A DNA stretch of 64,000 nucleotides from an uncultured Desulfarculus sp. (GCA_963665125.2 CAXXUK010000001.1:1-64000); one strand, 5' to 3'. Shown: positions 10,959 through 22,680, numbered from the stretch's first letter. The notes: generated by a model from the letters alone, not told the origin. A program made the numbers and translations.

Positions 10959-13900
10959 TCAACCCTCGCTGCCGGCTTCCGCGGCCTGCCGCATCTCTTC
11001 CAGCACGCGTTTGTAGTCGGTTGGCATAACCTTGACGAACTGGGGCACGCAATTGTCCCAGTCGGCAAGGACTCGTTCGGCAACGGTGGAGCCGGTGTGC
11101 TGCTGGTGCTGCTCGATGAGGCTCTTGACATCGGAGATTTCCTCCTCGGTTTCGAGCCGTTCGAGTTCGACCATGGCGAGGTTGCAGTTTCCGAGGAACA
11201 CGTCTTCGGGATCCCAGATGTAGGCGACGCCGCCGCTCATACCGGCTGCGAAATTTCGGCCTGTGGGTCCGAGGATAACGACTCGACCTCCGGTCATGTA
11301 TTCACAGCCGTGATCGCCGACGCCCTCGACGACGGCGTGGGCGCCGCTGTTTCGAACGCAGAACCGCTCGGCAGCCCGGCCGCGGAAGAACGCCTGGCCT
11401 TCGGTTGCGCCGTAGAGAACGACGTTGCCGACGAGGATGTTTTCGGAGGGCTCGAAGGGGCTTCCCGCGGGCGGGTAGACAATGAGCTTGCCGCCTGACA
11501 GGCCCTTACCCACATAGTCGTTTCCATCGCCTTCCAGTTCCAGGGTAACACCCTTCGCAAGGAAGGCGCCAAAACTCTGGCCTGCGGATCCCGTCAACTT
11601 GATGTGGATCGTATCGTGGGGGAGTAACGACTCGCCCCATTTCTTGGCAATCTCGTGGCTGAGCATGGCGCCCACGGTGCGATTCGTGTTAATAATCGGC
11701 GTCTCGATGCGTACCTTCTGCCCGTCCTGGATAGCCGGCTGGGCTTGCCTGATCAGTTCGTTGTCGAGTGCCAGGTGCAGACCGTGGTCCTGCGTGCGTG
11801 TGCAGACGACTTCCGTCTGGTCGTTCTTCTTCCGGGCCGGTGTGAGGATCGGGGTCAGGTCGATTCCATCCGACTTCCAATGCCGGATCGCGTCGTCCAT
11901 TTCGAGGACGTCGACTCGCCCGACCATTTCCAGGACGGTGCGGAAGCCGAGCTGGGCCATGATCTGGCGCATCTCTTCGGCGACCATGAAGAAGTAGTTG
12001 ATCACGTGTTCCGGTTTGCCGACAAACTTCTTGCGGAGCTCGGGATCTTGCGTTGCCACACCGACGGGGCAGGTGTTCAGGTGGCACTTGCGCATCATCA
12101 TGCATCCGAGGGCAATCAGGGGAGCGGTCGAGTAGCCGAACTCCTCTGCCCCCAGGAGTGCGGCGATGGCGGCGTCGCGACCGGTTCGGAGCCCGCCGTC
12201 TGTTTGTAGGACGACGCGGCTGCGGAGATCGTTGAGGACGAGCGTCTGATGGGTTTCGGAGATGCCGAGTTCCCAGGGCAGGCCGGCGTGCTTGATGCTG
12301 GTGAGCGGCGAGGCGCCGGTACCGCCGTCATGTCCGGAGATCAGGATATGATCGGAGAAGGCCTTGGCCACACCGGCGGCGATGGTGCCGACGCCCATTT
12401 CGGAGACCAGCTTGACGCTGATCCGGGCGCTCGGGTTGGCGTTCTTCAGATCGTGGATGAGCTGCTTGAGGTCTTCGATGGAGTAGATGTCATGGTGGGG
12501 TGGGGGGCTGATCAGTCCCACGCCGGGCGTCGAGTGGCGGATTCGGGCGATGTTCCTATCAACCTTCTTGCCGGGGAGCTCACCGCCCTCGCCGGGCTTG
12601 GCGCCTTGAGCGACCTTGATTTGCAGTTCGTCGGCGTTTGTGAGGTAGTAGATTGTCACGCCGAAACGGCCCGAGGCGACCTGCTTGATGGCCGAACGCT
12701 GCGGGTTCTGGCTGCCGTCTTCGAGCGGACGAATACGCGCCGGATCTTCGCCGCCTTCTCCGGTGTTGCTCTTTCCGCCGAAGGAGTTCATGGCCTTGGC
12801 GAGCGAAGTGTGGGCTTCCTCCGAGATCGATCCGAAGCTCATGGCTCCGGTGCAGAAGCGTTTGACGATCTCCTTGGCCGGCTCGACTTCTTCGAGCGGG
12901 ATAGGGACCGCCGTTGACGCCTTCCTTGAAACGCATCAAGCCGCGGAGCGTACAGCGGTTTCGAGCGTCGCGATTCACGGAATCGGCGAACTTCTTGTAT
13001 TCTTCCCAGCGATTGCCGCGAACAGCCTTGTGGATCGTGGAAATGGTGTCGGGCGACCAGACATGGCGTTCGCCGTCGGGACGCCAATGGAACTCGCCGG
13101 GGCTCGGAAGCATGGGGTCGGAATCGCCCCCTTGAGGCGGAAATCCAATTGCGTGTCGGCGAAGGGATTCTTCGGCAATGATCTTGAAGTCGACGCCCTG
13201 GACGCGGCTCGGCGTGCCGGTGAAGCATCGTTCGATGATTTCGTCACGAAGTCCGACGGCCTCGAAGATCTGGGCCCCCTTGTAACTGTGCAAGGTTGAG
13301 ATGCCCATTTTGCCCATGACCTTGAGGATGCCCTTGGCGACGCCCTTGCGATAGGTGGCCACGATCTTGTCGTCGTCGGTGAACTCCTCTGTCGAGAGTC
13401 GCCCGTCGCGACGAGCCTGCCACAGGGCCTCGAAGGCCAGATAGGGATTGATGGCGTCGGCTCCGTAGCCCACGAGGAGGCAGTGATGGTGGACTTCGCG
13501 AGCTTCGCCCGTTTCGAGGACGATACCGATCCGCGTGCGCTTGATCTGGCGAACGAGGTGTTGATGAACGGCTCCGCAGGCCAGCAATGCGGGCAACGGC
13601 ACTTTTTCTGCATCCATCGCACGGTCTGAAAGCACCACGAGGGTGTACCCCTCGTCAATGGCTTCTTCCGCCTCCCGGCAGATGCGATCGAGAGCGGCTC
13701 TGAGTCCCTCGCCGTCTTCGCTGCGGGGGAAGGTCATGTCGATCACCCGGGTCTTCCAGCCGGGGCGGTCCATTCGCTTGATGGCCGCCATCTCTTCGTT
13801 CGTGAGGATGGGATGGGGAATCAACAGGCGATTGGCGTGTTCTTCGGTCGTTTCGAGCAGGTTTCGTTCGGGGCCGATGTAACATTCCAGCGACATAATG

Positions 13901-15537
13901 ATCTCTTCGCGGATCGAGTCGATGGCCGGATTGGTGACCTGGGCGAAGAGCTGCTTGAAGTAGTCGTAGACCAGGCGTGGCTGGTCGGAGAGGCAGGCGA
14001 GTGCGGCATCGTTGCCCATCGAGCCGACCGGATCGCGTTTCTGCTCGACCAGGGGGAGGAGCATGAACTGGAGTGTCTCGTTGGAGTAGCCGTGCGCCTG
14101 CATGCGTTGGGTCAGGGTTTCAGGGCAGAAGCCATGTGCGTTGTCGCCCGGGTCAAGTTCTTTGAGCTCGATTCGCTGATTCTGGAGCCAATCACTGTAG
14201 GGACGTTGCTTGGCCCATTGCCGCTTGAGTTCCGCGTCGGGGATCATTCGTCCCTGTTCGAAGTCGACGAGGAAGATCTTGCCCGGCTGGAGTCGCCCCT
14301 TTTCTTTGACGGTGAGCGGATCGACGGGGAGCACGCCGACTTCACTGGCCATGATGACTTTGTCGTCGGTTGTCACGTAGTATCGGCTTGGGCGCAGGCC
14401 GTTGCGATCGAGCACGGCCCCGATGTAATGGCCGTCGGTGAAGGCGATCGACGCCGGACCATCCCAAGGCTCCATCAGGCAAGAATGGTACTCGTAGAAG
14501 GCCCGCATCGATTCCGGCATGGTTTCGTGGTTTTGCCATGCTTCGGGAATCATCATCATGACGGCTTCCTGGAGCGTGCGGCCGTTCATGAGCAGGAATT
14601 CCAGCCCATTGTCGAAGGTGCCCGAGTCGGAGCAGTCGGGTTCGGCGATGGGAAAAGTCTTTTCGAGTTCATCCCCGAACAGTTCGCTGCGAACGACGCC
14701 CTGGCGTGCCCGCATCCAGTTCTTGTTGCCTCGAAGCGTATTGATCTCGCCATTGTGGCTCATGAAGCGATTGGGCTGAGCACGGTCCCAACTGGGAAAC
14801 GTATTCGTGCTGAACCGCGAATGGACCATTGCCAGGTGGGTCGTGTAGTCCGGATCGAGCAGATCCGAGTAATACTGGCAGAGCTGGTGCGAGGTGAGCA
14901 TGCCCTTGTAGACGATCACTTTCGTCGACAAGGAGCAGATGTAGAACATCTTCGCCTGCACCATCGACTCGTCGCCACGGAGCACGGTGCTGGATCGTTT
15001 GCGAATGATATAGAGTTGTCGCTCGAAGGCGTCTCCTTCCAGGCCCTCGCCGGCGGCGATGATCAGCTGTTCGACGTAGGGCTCACCGGCCCTGGCGGTT
15101 TCACCGAGGTCGGCGCGATCCGCGTCGACGGGGACCTTGCGCCAACCGACCAGTTCCTGACCTTGTTCGGCGATGATGGCTTCGACGGTCTGCTTGCACT
15201 TGGCACGCTCGTTTTCGTCAGTTGGGAGGAAGACGATACCGGCGGAGAACTTCCCGGGCGTGGGCAGATCGACACCCAGATCAGCCTTGGCGACCTTTGC
15301 CAGGAACTCGTGGGGAAGCGCCGTCAACATTCCGGCGCCGTCACCCGTGTTGGGTTCACATCCGCAACCACCGCGATGGTCCATGTTCTGCAGGACGATC
15401 TCGGCATCGCGAATGATCTGGTGACTTCGCTCACCCTTCAAATGGGCCACGAAACCGACACCGCAACTGTCCTTTTCGTAGGCCGGATCGTAAAGGCCGT
15501 ACTTGTCAGGAATTCGTGTGAACGGTCGAGTCGTCAT
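10959..15537 (-). CDS. gltB: Glutamate synthase large subunit, split by one frameshift at about 12904-12906
   Basis: CGVGF N-terminus, [32 protein letters not shown]; one extra base in a G3 run separates ORFs 12580..15537 and 10959..12842. Confidence 0.95.
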
Positions 15538-16365
15538 CCCGTCTTACCCTGTCTCTTGTCTCGTTCTTGTTGCCAGTTTGCCGAGGTGTGCCGCGGCGCA
15601 GTGTGACCTGCAAAACCGAAAGTTGGGTGTTTGTGCGGAACCACACCGCGTTGGGTGAATCCTCAAGGGATACGTTCCCAATCAAAGCCTGCATGATTGA
15701 AGGAACGAGCGGCTGGTTGTGCTCCCCTTGGATTTCGTGGGCAGCGGCCTGAGTGGTCGTTTCATCCGCAAACTTCAAGTCAGCCAGTGAACCCCTTTCA
15801 GCACTCCGTGATCCCGATCGTTCCTGCTGTTCTGCGAGGAGACGATGCCCCAAAGGGCGGTCAGTCGTTTCATCCAATCGCGTCCGAAGACGAAAGCGCG
15901 GGTTGTTAGTGGGGCTCGCCGACCAGCGACCATGTCCGATTGTCTTGCGGAGCCCCTAATGGTGGCGGCTCTATTAATGCATTACGGACACAAATGTCAC
16001 TTTTCTTCAGAATTAACAATACTAATCCAGGATATTTGACAAATTCGTCCCTGTCAAGATCTCGGAGGCGTCGTGCTTCGGTCTCACGAGTCTGCCGTTT
16101 TCCCCATTTCGCCAGGTTTTGGCCGAAGGTCGTAACTTGTTGTTTTGGTGGTGGTTACGGGGTGGATAACGAGCCTGCATCTGCCGGACGAGGAAGTTCC
16201 CCCTCTTGGGGCCGGTTGGCATCGGCGGGGTACGTCACGGGCCACTCTGTCAATGTGGTGAGGAGCTTGTCAGAGTCGGAGCGGAGCCATTATATACATA
16301 GGGGCCTCTCGTGGCTTGGAACGCGGAAGGTTACCCTTTGCTCGTCGTCTGCTTACGAGGCCGCC

Positions 16366-16623
16366 ATGGCCATCAATTGCCCAAATTGTGGTGCCGGGTA
16401 TGATGTCACGCTTTTCCAATTTGGGCGCAGCGTCCAGTGCGCCTGCGGCCAATGGGTGGAGTTGTCTCGTGGTCATGTCCTCCAGGACGATCGGGCCGAC
16501 CTGCCTCTTCCGAGGGTTTGTTCTTCTCTTCCGTCAAGAGAGGGGGTGAGCGAAGAGCCGGGCCTTTGTGAAACGTCCGAATCTGACTGCCCGGGGGACA
16601 TTCTGCTTTTCCGCCGGATATGA
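16366..16623 (+). CDS. Small Zn-ribbon hypothetical protein
   Basis: GAGG RBS, MAINCPNCG...QCACGQW; 3' half may be non-conserved. Confidence 0.5.
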   Translation: MAINCPNCGAGYDVTLFQFGRSVQCACGQWVELSRGHVLQDDRADLPLPRVCSSLPSREGVSEEPGLCETSESDCPGDILLFRRI

Positions 16624-16956
16624 AAACGATCTCGTGCGATTCCAGGGCGAAGACGCTTCTCTCCGCTCGAAACCTTCCTGCCTCTGCCCCTTCGGAAGAC
16701 CGTCGAGGTGATGCAGGGACGAGGAGGATGTACAAGCGACGGTTCAACGAATACGGCGATTCAAGGCCACGGCGCCGAGTTGAAGGGCAACCGAGGGTCT
16801 GCTTTTTGCTACGAGATCGTCCGAGCCACGCAGGTGTGTTCTGACGCGATCAGTTGACTACAATGATTGCCTTTGACTGATTGTGAAGTCTGCGGAATCA
16901 GGCGAGTGTTTGCCGGTTTCGCATTGATTTGCGGGCGTCAATAACCTACCAGAGGC

Positions 16957-19200
16957 TTGATCATGGTTCGTGTCTTCCTGTTCGTTCTTGTTGCATGCGT
17001 TGCTTTGCCGTTCTCCTTGGCGGCGGCCGACGAAGGGCGGTTGTTGCGCAGTTCGCGGCTCGAAGTCGTCCTCGACGAGAGCCTGAATGGGTTCCAGACG
17101 ATTCGTGACCGATCCACCGGCCGTGACTATGCTGAGGGTGCCGCCTCGCCGCTTGGCCTCTACCGACTGACTTTGGGTGGCGGGAAGCAGAAGACCATAC
17201 AGCTCACGTCACTCGAGGCTACGGCCCGCAAATGTCAGCGCACGGAAGAGGGGCTGCAACTTCATTTCGTTCATGGTGGTGAGGCTCCCCTCGAGGTTTT
17301 CTGCCGTGCAACGGCCGGCGAGGATTCGTCCGAGATCGGATGGCGGATTGCTGTGAAGAACGATTCCAAATTTCCGGTCACCGCTGCCGAGTTTCCTCGC
17401 GTCCAGATGGCACTGCAATTGGGGGACCGCGGCACGGACGACGCAATTGTGTACCCATCCCTTGAAGGAGTTCTGTTGACGGATCCGGCCTCGCGATTCC
17501 GCGAGCAGCAGGAGCAGCGCACGACCTATCCGGGTAAGGCGTCGTCCCAGTTTCTCTATTTCTTCGATCCTGAAGGCGGGTTCTACGTGTCAGCTGCAGA
17601 CAGCCATGGATATCGCAAAGATCTTGTCGCTGCGCGTCATGGCAAGTCGCTTGAGCTGACGGTGGCGCACCGTTTTCCGCGGGAGCTCGCGGCGCAGTGC
17701 CAGACAGAATACGACGTCGTCTGGACCAGCGGGGGCGGCTCGTGGCAGTCGGGGGCATCGATTTACCGGAATTGGGCCGAGAGGCAACCATGGTGCCGCA
17801 AGAAGCTGGCGGATCGGGACGTACCTCGGTGGCTTCTGAAGACGAACGTGTTTCTGAATTTCAGTGTCCGGGCACCGGGGGTTTTTTCGCCGGCTGATGC
17901 CGCGAAAGAGACGTTTGCCCGGTATCGCGAGTTCCTTGGGGCTCCCTTGGTTGCCACGGCGTTCGGTTGGGAGCGGCACGGTTCCTGGATCGGTCCGGAG
18001 TATTTTCCACCTTTCGGCGGCGAAGCGTATTACCAGGCTCTAGCGGCCGACTTTGATCGAAACGGCGATCATCTGCAGGTGTATCTGTCTGGATTTCGGT
18101 GGGGAGTGCGCAAGCCGGTCAGTGAGCGACGGGATCAACCCAGGCGGTACACGGACTACGACGGCACGAAGCTCTGGGAAGCGGAAGGTCGGCAGGCGAC
18201 GGCAATCACGGCGCAGGGAGAGTACGAATTCAACGAGCCGCCCTGGGCAGACAACTACACGCTCTGTGCCGGGAGCGACAAAGCCCGGGAGGTCCTTGCC
18301 GACGGTTTTCGGCAAGCTTTCGCGATGGGCGTGACGGGGGTGGATCTGGACCAGAACCTTGGTGGAGATACAGCTGTTTGTTTCAGCACGGAACACGGCC
18401 ATCCACCGGGCACGGGGCTCTGGCAACATGAGGCTATGGCCAGGTTTCTCAGCTCTGTTCGGCGCGAAGCCAAGTCGGGGGATCCCGATCGCTTTCTGGG
18501 TGTCGAAGAGCCATGTGAAGCCTATATCCCCTGGCTGGATGCCTATCATGGCCGAGCATTTACGGATACCCGCTGGCCAGCGACGGGGCCTGGATGCGTT
18601 TCGATTCCGCTCTACGCTTATCTCTACCACGAGTACCAGATCGGCTACGCGGGCTGGATCGATCGAGGCTTCAGTCCGTTGGGCGACGAACGGATCGGGT
18701 TGGGACGGGCCTTCCTTTTCGGGATGCAGCCGGGGGTCCGAATCAGCAGCGGTAATTTCCGGTTGGGCGAGGAGCCGTCAGAACCGATGGCGATGCTTAT
18801 CCGTGTTGTTGGGCTTATGCAGAAGTGCGAGGCGTATCTGCTTCTTGGACGCATGCTGGATGATCCGCAGGTTTCCGGAGCCGGCGGGTTTCCTCGGCAG
18901 GAGAAGGGAGTGCAGGGGCACCCGCCGCTGCCAATCGAGTGGCCCTTGGTACAGGCGACGACATGGCGTGCCGAGGATGGATCGGTCGGGTATGCCATTG
19001 CGAATCTCAGTTCGGAACCGCGCCCTATCCAGCTGACTGCGGAGGCCAACGGAATGGTTGGGCACGAGTTCGTCCTGAAGCGTCTGGATCACGATGGGGA
19101 GCAGACGTTGGCTGAGCAAGCTTCTCTTCCCAGCGGAGTCGAGCTGTTGTTGGAACCGTGGGCAGTTTGCCTGGTGAAGCAGTTGAAGGGTCAGGAGTAG
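16957..19200 (+). CDS. Secreted DUF6259-like putative glycoside hydrolase
   Basis: Signal peptide, 747 aa, TIM-barrel-like motifs (GPEYFPP, DLDQ, EEPCE, IPLYAYLYHEY). Confidence 0.6.
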   Translation: MIMVRVFLFVLVACVALPFSLAAADEGRLLRSSRLEVVLDESLNGFQTIRDRSTGRDYAEGAASPLGLYRLTLGGGKQKTIQLTSLEATARKCQRTEEGLQLHFVHGGEAPLEVFCRATAGEDSSEIGWRIAVKNDSKFPVTAAEFPRVQMALQLGDRGTDDAIVYPSLEGVLLTDPASRFREQQEQRTTYPGKASSQFLYFFDPEGGFYVSAADSHGYRKDLVAARHGKSLELTVAHRFPRELAAQCQTEYDVVWTSGGGSWQSGASIYRNWAERQPWCRKKLADRDVPRWLLKTNVFLNFSVRAPGVFSPADAAKETFARYREFLGAPLVATAFGWERHGSWIGPEYFPPFGGEAYYQALAADFDRNGDHLQVYLSGFRWGVRKPVSERRDQPRRYTDYDGTKLWEAEGRQATAITAQGEYEFNEPPWADNYTLCAGSDKAREVLADGFRQAFAMGVTGVDLDQNLGGDTAVCFSTEHGHPPGTGLWQHEAMARFLSSVRREAKSGDPDRFLGVEEPCEAYIPWLDAYHGRAFTDTRWPATGPGCVSIPLYAYLYHEYQIGYAGWIDRGFSPLGDERIGLGRAFLFGMQPGVRISSGNFRLGEEPSEPMAMLIRVVGLMQKCEAYLLLGRMLDDPQVSGAGGFPRQEKGVQGHPPLPIEWPLVQATTWRAEDGSVGYAIANLSSEPRPIQLTAEANGMVGHEFVLKRLDHDGEQTLAEQASLPSGVELLLEPWAVCLVKQLKGQE

Positions 19201-19212
19201 CCGGAGGAGAGG

Positions 19213-20169
19213 ATGTCTTACCTGATCGCCACGGACGAAGCCGGCCTGGGGCCCAATCTCGGTCCGTTGGTAGTTTCGGCCACGGTTTGGGAATTGCCGG
19301 AGGGAATGGCCCCCGGCGACCTCTATGGTGCGCTCCAGGATTCGGTTGTTTCTGCGGTGGTGGAAGCGGACAAGGAACGCTTTGCCGTTGCCGACTCCAA
19401 ACAGCTGTACAAACCGAGAGGGACAAGGGCTCATTTGGAACGAGGGGTTCTGATCGCGCTGGCTGCGCTGGCCAGGGAGCCGCGAACGTGGCGGGCCGTG
19501 TTCGACGCTTTGGATTCGGCTTCCTGTTCCATCCGCGACACCATTCCGTGGTACAAGGAGTACGATGAGGCGGTGCCGCTCGATATCGATGCAGTCGATC
19601 TCGAGACGCCCTTCTTGCGTTTTGCCGATGTCTGCCAGCGTCAGGGAGTGCGGCTTCAAGAGGTGCGAAGCCGGGTGATCTACCCTGTCGAGTTCAATCG
19701 GCTGCTTGCGAGTCATGGCAAGGGAGAGTTGTTGTCTCTTGCGACCCTCGGGCTGGCTGCGGAACTGGCCGCGCCGCTGACCGGCCCGATCTCGATCGTG
19801 TGCGACAAGCACGGCGGCAGAAACCGCTACGCGGACCTGCTTGCGGACCGTTTTCCCGACGCGTTCATCGAGATTCGGGGTGAGAGCCGCGACTTGAGTG
19901 CCTACACCTTCGGTCCTGCAGACCGCCGCATCGCCGCTTGTTTTCGAACCAGGGCGGAAAGCATTCTGGCCGTCGGGCTTGCTTCGATGGTTTCGAAGTA
20001 TCTTCGCGAGCTTTCCATGCGAGCCTTCAATCGATTCTGGGGCGGGCAGATTGAAGGTCTTCGGCCCACCGCAGGCTACCCGCAGGATGCGAAACGCTTC
20101 CGAGAGGATATCGCCGATCGGCAGCATGAGTTGGGAATTGCGGAAGACATGCTGTGGCGTCAGAAGTAG
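19213..20169 (+). CDS. RNase HII-like protein
   Basis: DEAGLGP, ADSK, CDKHGG, ASMVSKYLR, GYP motifs; GGAG RBS. Confidence 0.75.
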   Translation: MSYLIATDEAGLGPNLGPLVVSATVWELPEGMAPGDLYGALQDSVVSAVVEADKERFAVADSKQLYKPRGTRAHLERGVLIALAALAREPRTWRAVFDALDSASCSIRDTIPWYKEYDEAVPLDIDAVDLETPFLRFADVCQRQGVRLQEVRSRVIYPVEFNRLLASHGKGELLSLATLGLAAELAAPLTGPISIVCDKHGGRNRYADLLADRFPDAFIEIRGESRDLSAYTFGPADRRIAACFRTRAESILAVGLASMVSKYLRELSMRAFNRFWGGQIEGLRPTAGYPQDAKRFREDIADRQHELGIAEDMLWRQK

Positions 20170-20197
20170 GCGGTGCCGTAGTTGGGCTCGGCTCGGT

Positions 20198-20791
20198 TCA
20201 GTCGGGCCAGTCAACTGTTTTTTCTGCTTCGCACATTCGGCGTGCCAGGTCGGCTAATCGCATGTTGCGAGCGCTCGCCAGTTTCTGGAGGCGTCGGAAG
20301 GCTGAGGGTTCGTCCAGTGCGGCACGTTTCATCAGGATTCCTTTTGCCCGTTCAATCACCTTGCGGTCATCCAAGGCTTGTCGGAGGTCCTGCGTTTCTT
20401 GCCGAAGCCTGGTGAACTCATTGAAGCGGGTTGTTGCGAGGGCGATGGCAGCCTGCACCTCCGGTTCCTTAACGGGCTTGACCAGGTAGGCCATGATGTT
20501 GCTTTCGCATGCGCGTTGAACGAGTGTCGGGTCCATATGGGCCGTCAGCAGGATGACAGGAACGGGAGCCGTTTCACACAACTGAGAGGCAGCACTCAGG
20601 CCATCGCGAACGGGCATGCGAATATCGCTGATGACCAGGTCCGGATGGTGGGCAAGACACTGCTCCACGAGTGTATCGCCATCTCCGACGGCGGCGACCA
20701 CCTCATGTCCCAAGCGTGACAGGAGGCGCAAGAGAAGGCTCCGTGTGTCGGAGTCGTCCTCTGCGACAATGATTCTCAGAGCATCAAGCAT
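20198..20791 (-). CDS. ANTAR-domain response regulator (REC + ANTAR)
   Basis: AEDD, DIRMP, YLVKP; RKVIERAKGILM ANTAR motif. Confidence 0.93.
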   Translation of the reverse strand: MLDALRIIVAEDDSDTRSLLLRLLSRLGHEVVAAVGDGDTLVEQCLAHHPDLVISDIRMPVRDGLSAASQLCETAPVPVILLTAHMDPTLVQRACESNIMAYLVKPVKEPEVQAAIALATTRFNEFTRLRQETQDLRQALDDRKVIERAKGILMKRAALDEPSAFRRLQKLASARNMRLADLARRMCEAEKTVDWPD

Positions 20792-21266
20792 CAATGACTC
20801 ATACGCCTGGAAGCGGAGCCGCACGCCAACACGCGGTTAGATCGGTATCGCCACAGCGACATCGAAGGCAGCGGTGCGAATCAAGATCCAAAGGGAACCG
20901 GGACTCCGGAGGAACATGGATCTTCCGGGTATCAGCGAATCACGCTGTGGTCCTGATAGCGACTCAGAACTTCCTTGAGCCGGGTCGACCTTTGCCAGCA
21001 CTACCACGACCCGGGAACCGCTTCATCAAGTCGAGGTTTTCACGCAACCTTCAATTCGCCCTGCTTGGCTGCGCTGATTCTTTCCATTTGCATTCGCCCA
21101 CCGGCGATGGTCGTGTGCGACCCTCCGAGCCGCCCCCAAATGTGTAATCCCAGTTCCTATCGTAATCTCCCGTCATTGTATTTGAAATGGCCTGCACAGA
21201 AATTACCCCCCCCTTTGTGGCGGTGAATCAAACCACCGTGCGGGCACCTCAACGAAGGCAGGCCAC

Positions 21267-21312
21267 TTTTCTTGGGGGGAGTTCACGATTTTTCTTGGGG
21301 GGATTTCACGAT
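21267..21312. repeat. 23-bp tandem duplication
   Basis: TTTTCTTGGGGGGA(G/T)TTCACGAT twice, 1 mismatch. Confidence 0.85.
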
Positions 21313-21614
21313 ATTCGGCTCGTTTGGTGGGGAACTGCCAGTACGGACATGGCTTACATGACTCTCCATATGTGGGTGCTACCGGTTGCGATGAGTGGCA
21401 CCACTGTGAGGTTTGGTTAGGCGGCCAACAAAATCGTGTGTTCGCGCCAGATTTCACGGACTCACCTTAACAGTCAGGAGATCATTCGCTATGATGTGTT
21501 CGCTGCTGGTGTAAGTTGCAGATATGGGATCGGTGGTTACTCTCTCTTTCTCGTTTGTCTGGAAAGCCCCCGATGTTTCCGCTGTGATCGCTGGTAGCGG
21601 AATGCGGCTACGAT

Positions 21615-21658
21615 AGCCCCCGCGATGCGTCTCTGCGCATTTCTCGGGGGCTTTTTTT
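21615..21658 (+). terminator. Intrinsic terminator-like hairpin in the leader of the Rrf2 gene
   Basis: AGCCCCCG...CGGGGGCT followed by a T run. Confidence 0.6.
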
Positions 21659-21703
21659 GTTTGCTCCGCATTCCTCGTGCAATGAACTTGTAAGGCCCCC
21701 GAG

Positions 21704-22120
21704 ATGAAACTATCACAAAGCGTTACGTATGCCCTGCAGGCCACTCTGAGGCTGGCCGAGATGCCAGAGCAGCGGCCCGTTTCCTGCAACCAGTTGGCTT
21801 CGGATGGAAATATGCCGGAGCGGTTTCTGCTGCAGATCCTGCGCGACTTGGCCAAGCAGCGTATCCTGCAGTCAACGCGGGGCGGTGGTGGGGGGTTTAT
21901 GCTTGAACGTCCGGCGAGCGATATTTCTCTTCTTGAGATCGTCGAGGCGATCGATGGTCCCATTGCCAGCGGATTGCCTGCCAGGATCAACTTCCCTGGC
22001 GAAACCGACCAACGCGTGCGCACAGAACTTGCACGAATCACCAAGGAGGTTCGTGCTCGACTGGCGGGAATCCATCTGAACGATCTTCTCAACGTCACCC
22101 CGGTGGAGAAGAATGCATGA
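21704..22120 (+). CDS. Rrf2 family transcriptional regulator
   Basis: YALQA, PERFLLQIL, STRGGGGGF, ISLLEIVEAIDG; lacks the IscR-type Cys triad. Confidence 0.92.
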   Translation: MKLSQSVTYALQATLRLAEMPEQRPVSCNQLASDGNMPERFLLQILRDLAKQRILQSTRGGGGGFMLERPASDISLLEIVEAIDGPIASGLPARINFPGETDQRVRTELARITKEVRARLAGIHLNDLLNVTPVEKNA

Positions 22121-22590
22121 GGTTCGAGCCTAGCGGTGGCCTGGTCGAGGGCTCAGTAGAGTGATCGAAAGGCCAGGTGTGGCAGGAACGTCGCCTCGAA
22201 TGCTGTCCCGCGTGCAGTCCGAGCCATTTCTGCGAGGCCCTTCCGCTTTGAGGGGGCTCCTGAAAGTCGGGGCTGCAAGAGGCTGGAGGGGCGATGTTGT
22301 CTTTCTTCTGTTGATGTCGCGATTGTCCCTCTTCCGATACAGTAGAGATCGTTTTGGGCGGCCTGTTTCGTCCGAATGGGGTGGCCTGTGCCACCCGGTT
22401 GTCATCGTGGGGGGGCATCTGCTATATTGACTGGCTGCGCTAGTCGCAATTTCGTCGTGGGTCAGGCACGTCGTGTCCAGATCTCTGCGGAATTCCGCTT
22501 GGAACGCTTTTGCGACTCATTTTTTTTGGCACACATCAACTATCACATCCAGTCGATCCGGGGGATCGCAAGAGACAAAGGGAGGATTGC

Positions 22591-22680
22591 GTGGGAACGA
22601 AAAAGTCAGGTAAAGGTCGTCGGAAGATTGGTCGCAAGAAGCGTCGGATGCGGTCCAAGATTCGCCACCGTAAAGGTTGA
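22591..22680 (+). CDS. 29-aa Lys/Arg-rich small protein (below ORF-track cutoff)
   Basis: GGAGG at 22581-22585, GTG start, MGTKKSGKGRRKIGRKKRRMRSKIRHRKG*. Confidence 0.75.
   Translation: MGTKKSGKGRRKIGRKKRRMRSKIRHRKG

Noticed and set aside
12895..12910. Programmed frameshift in gltB
   Set aside because: No slippery heptamer; similar indels in nearby genes point to sequencing error.
20890..21020. Possible ANTAR dual-hairpin or 6S-like RNA upstream of the ANTAR gene
   Set aside because: No convincing paired hexaloop hairpins or long rod structure found by eye.
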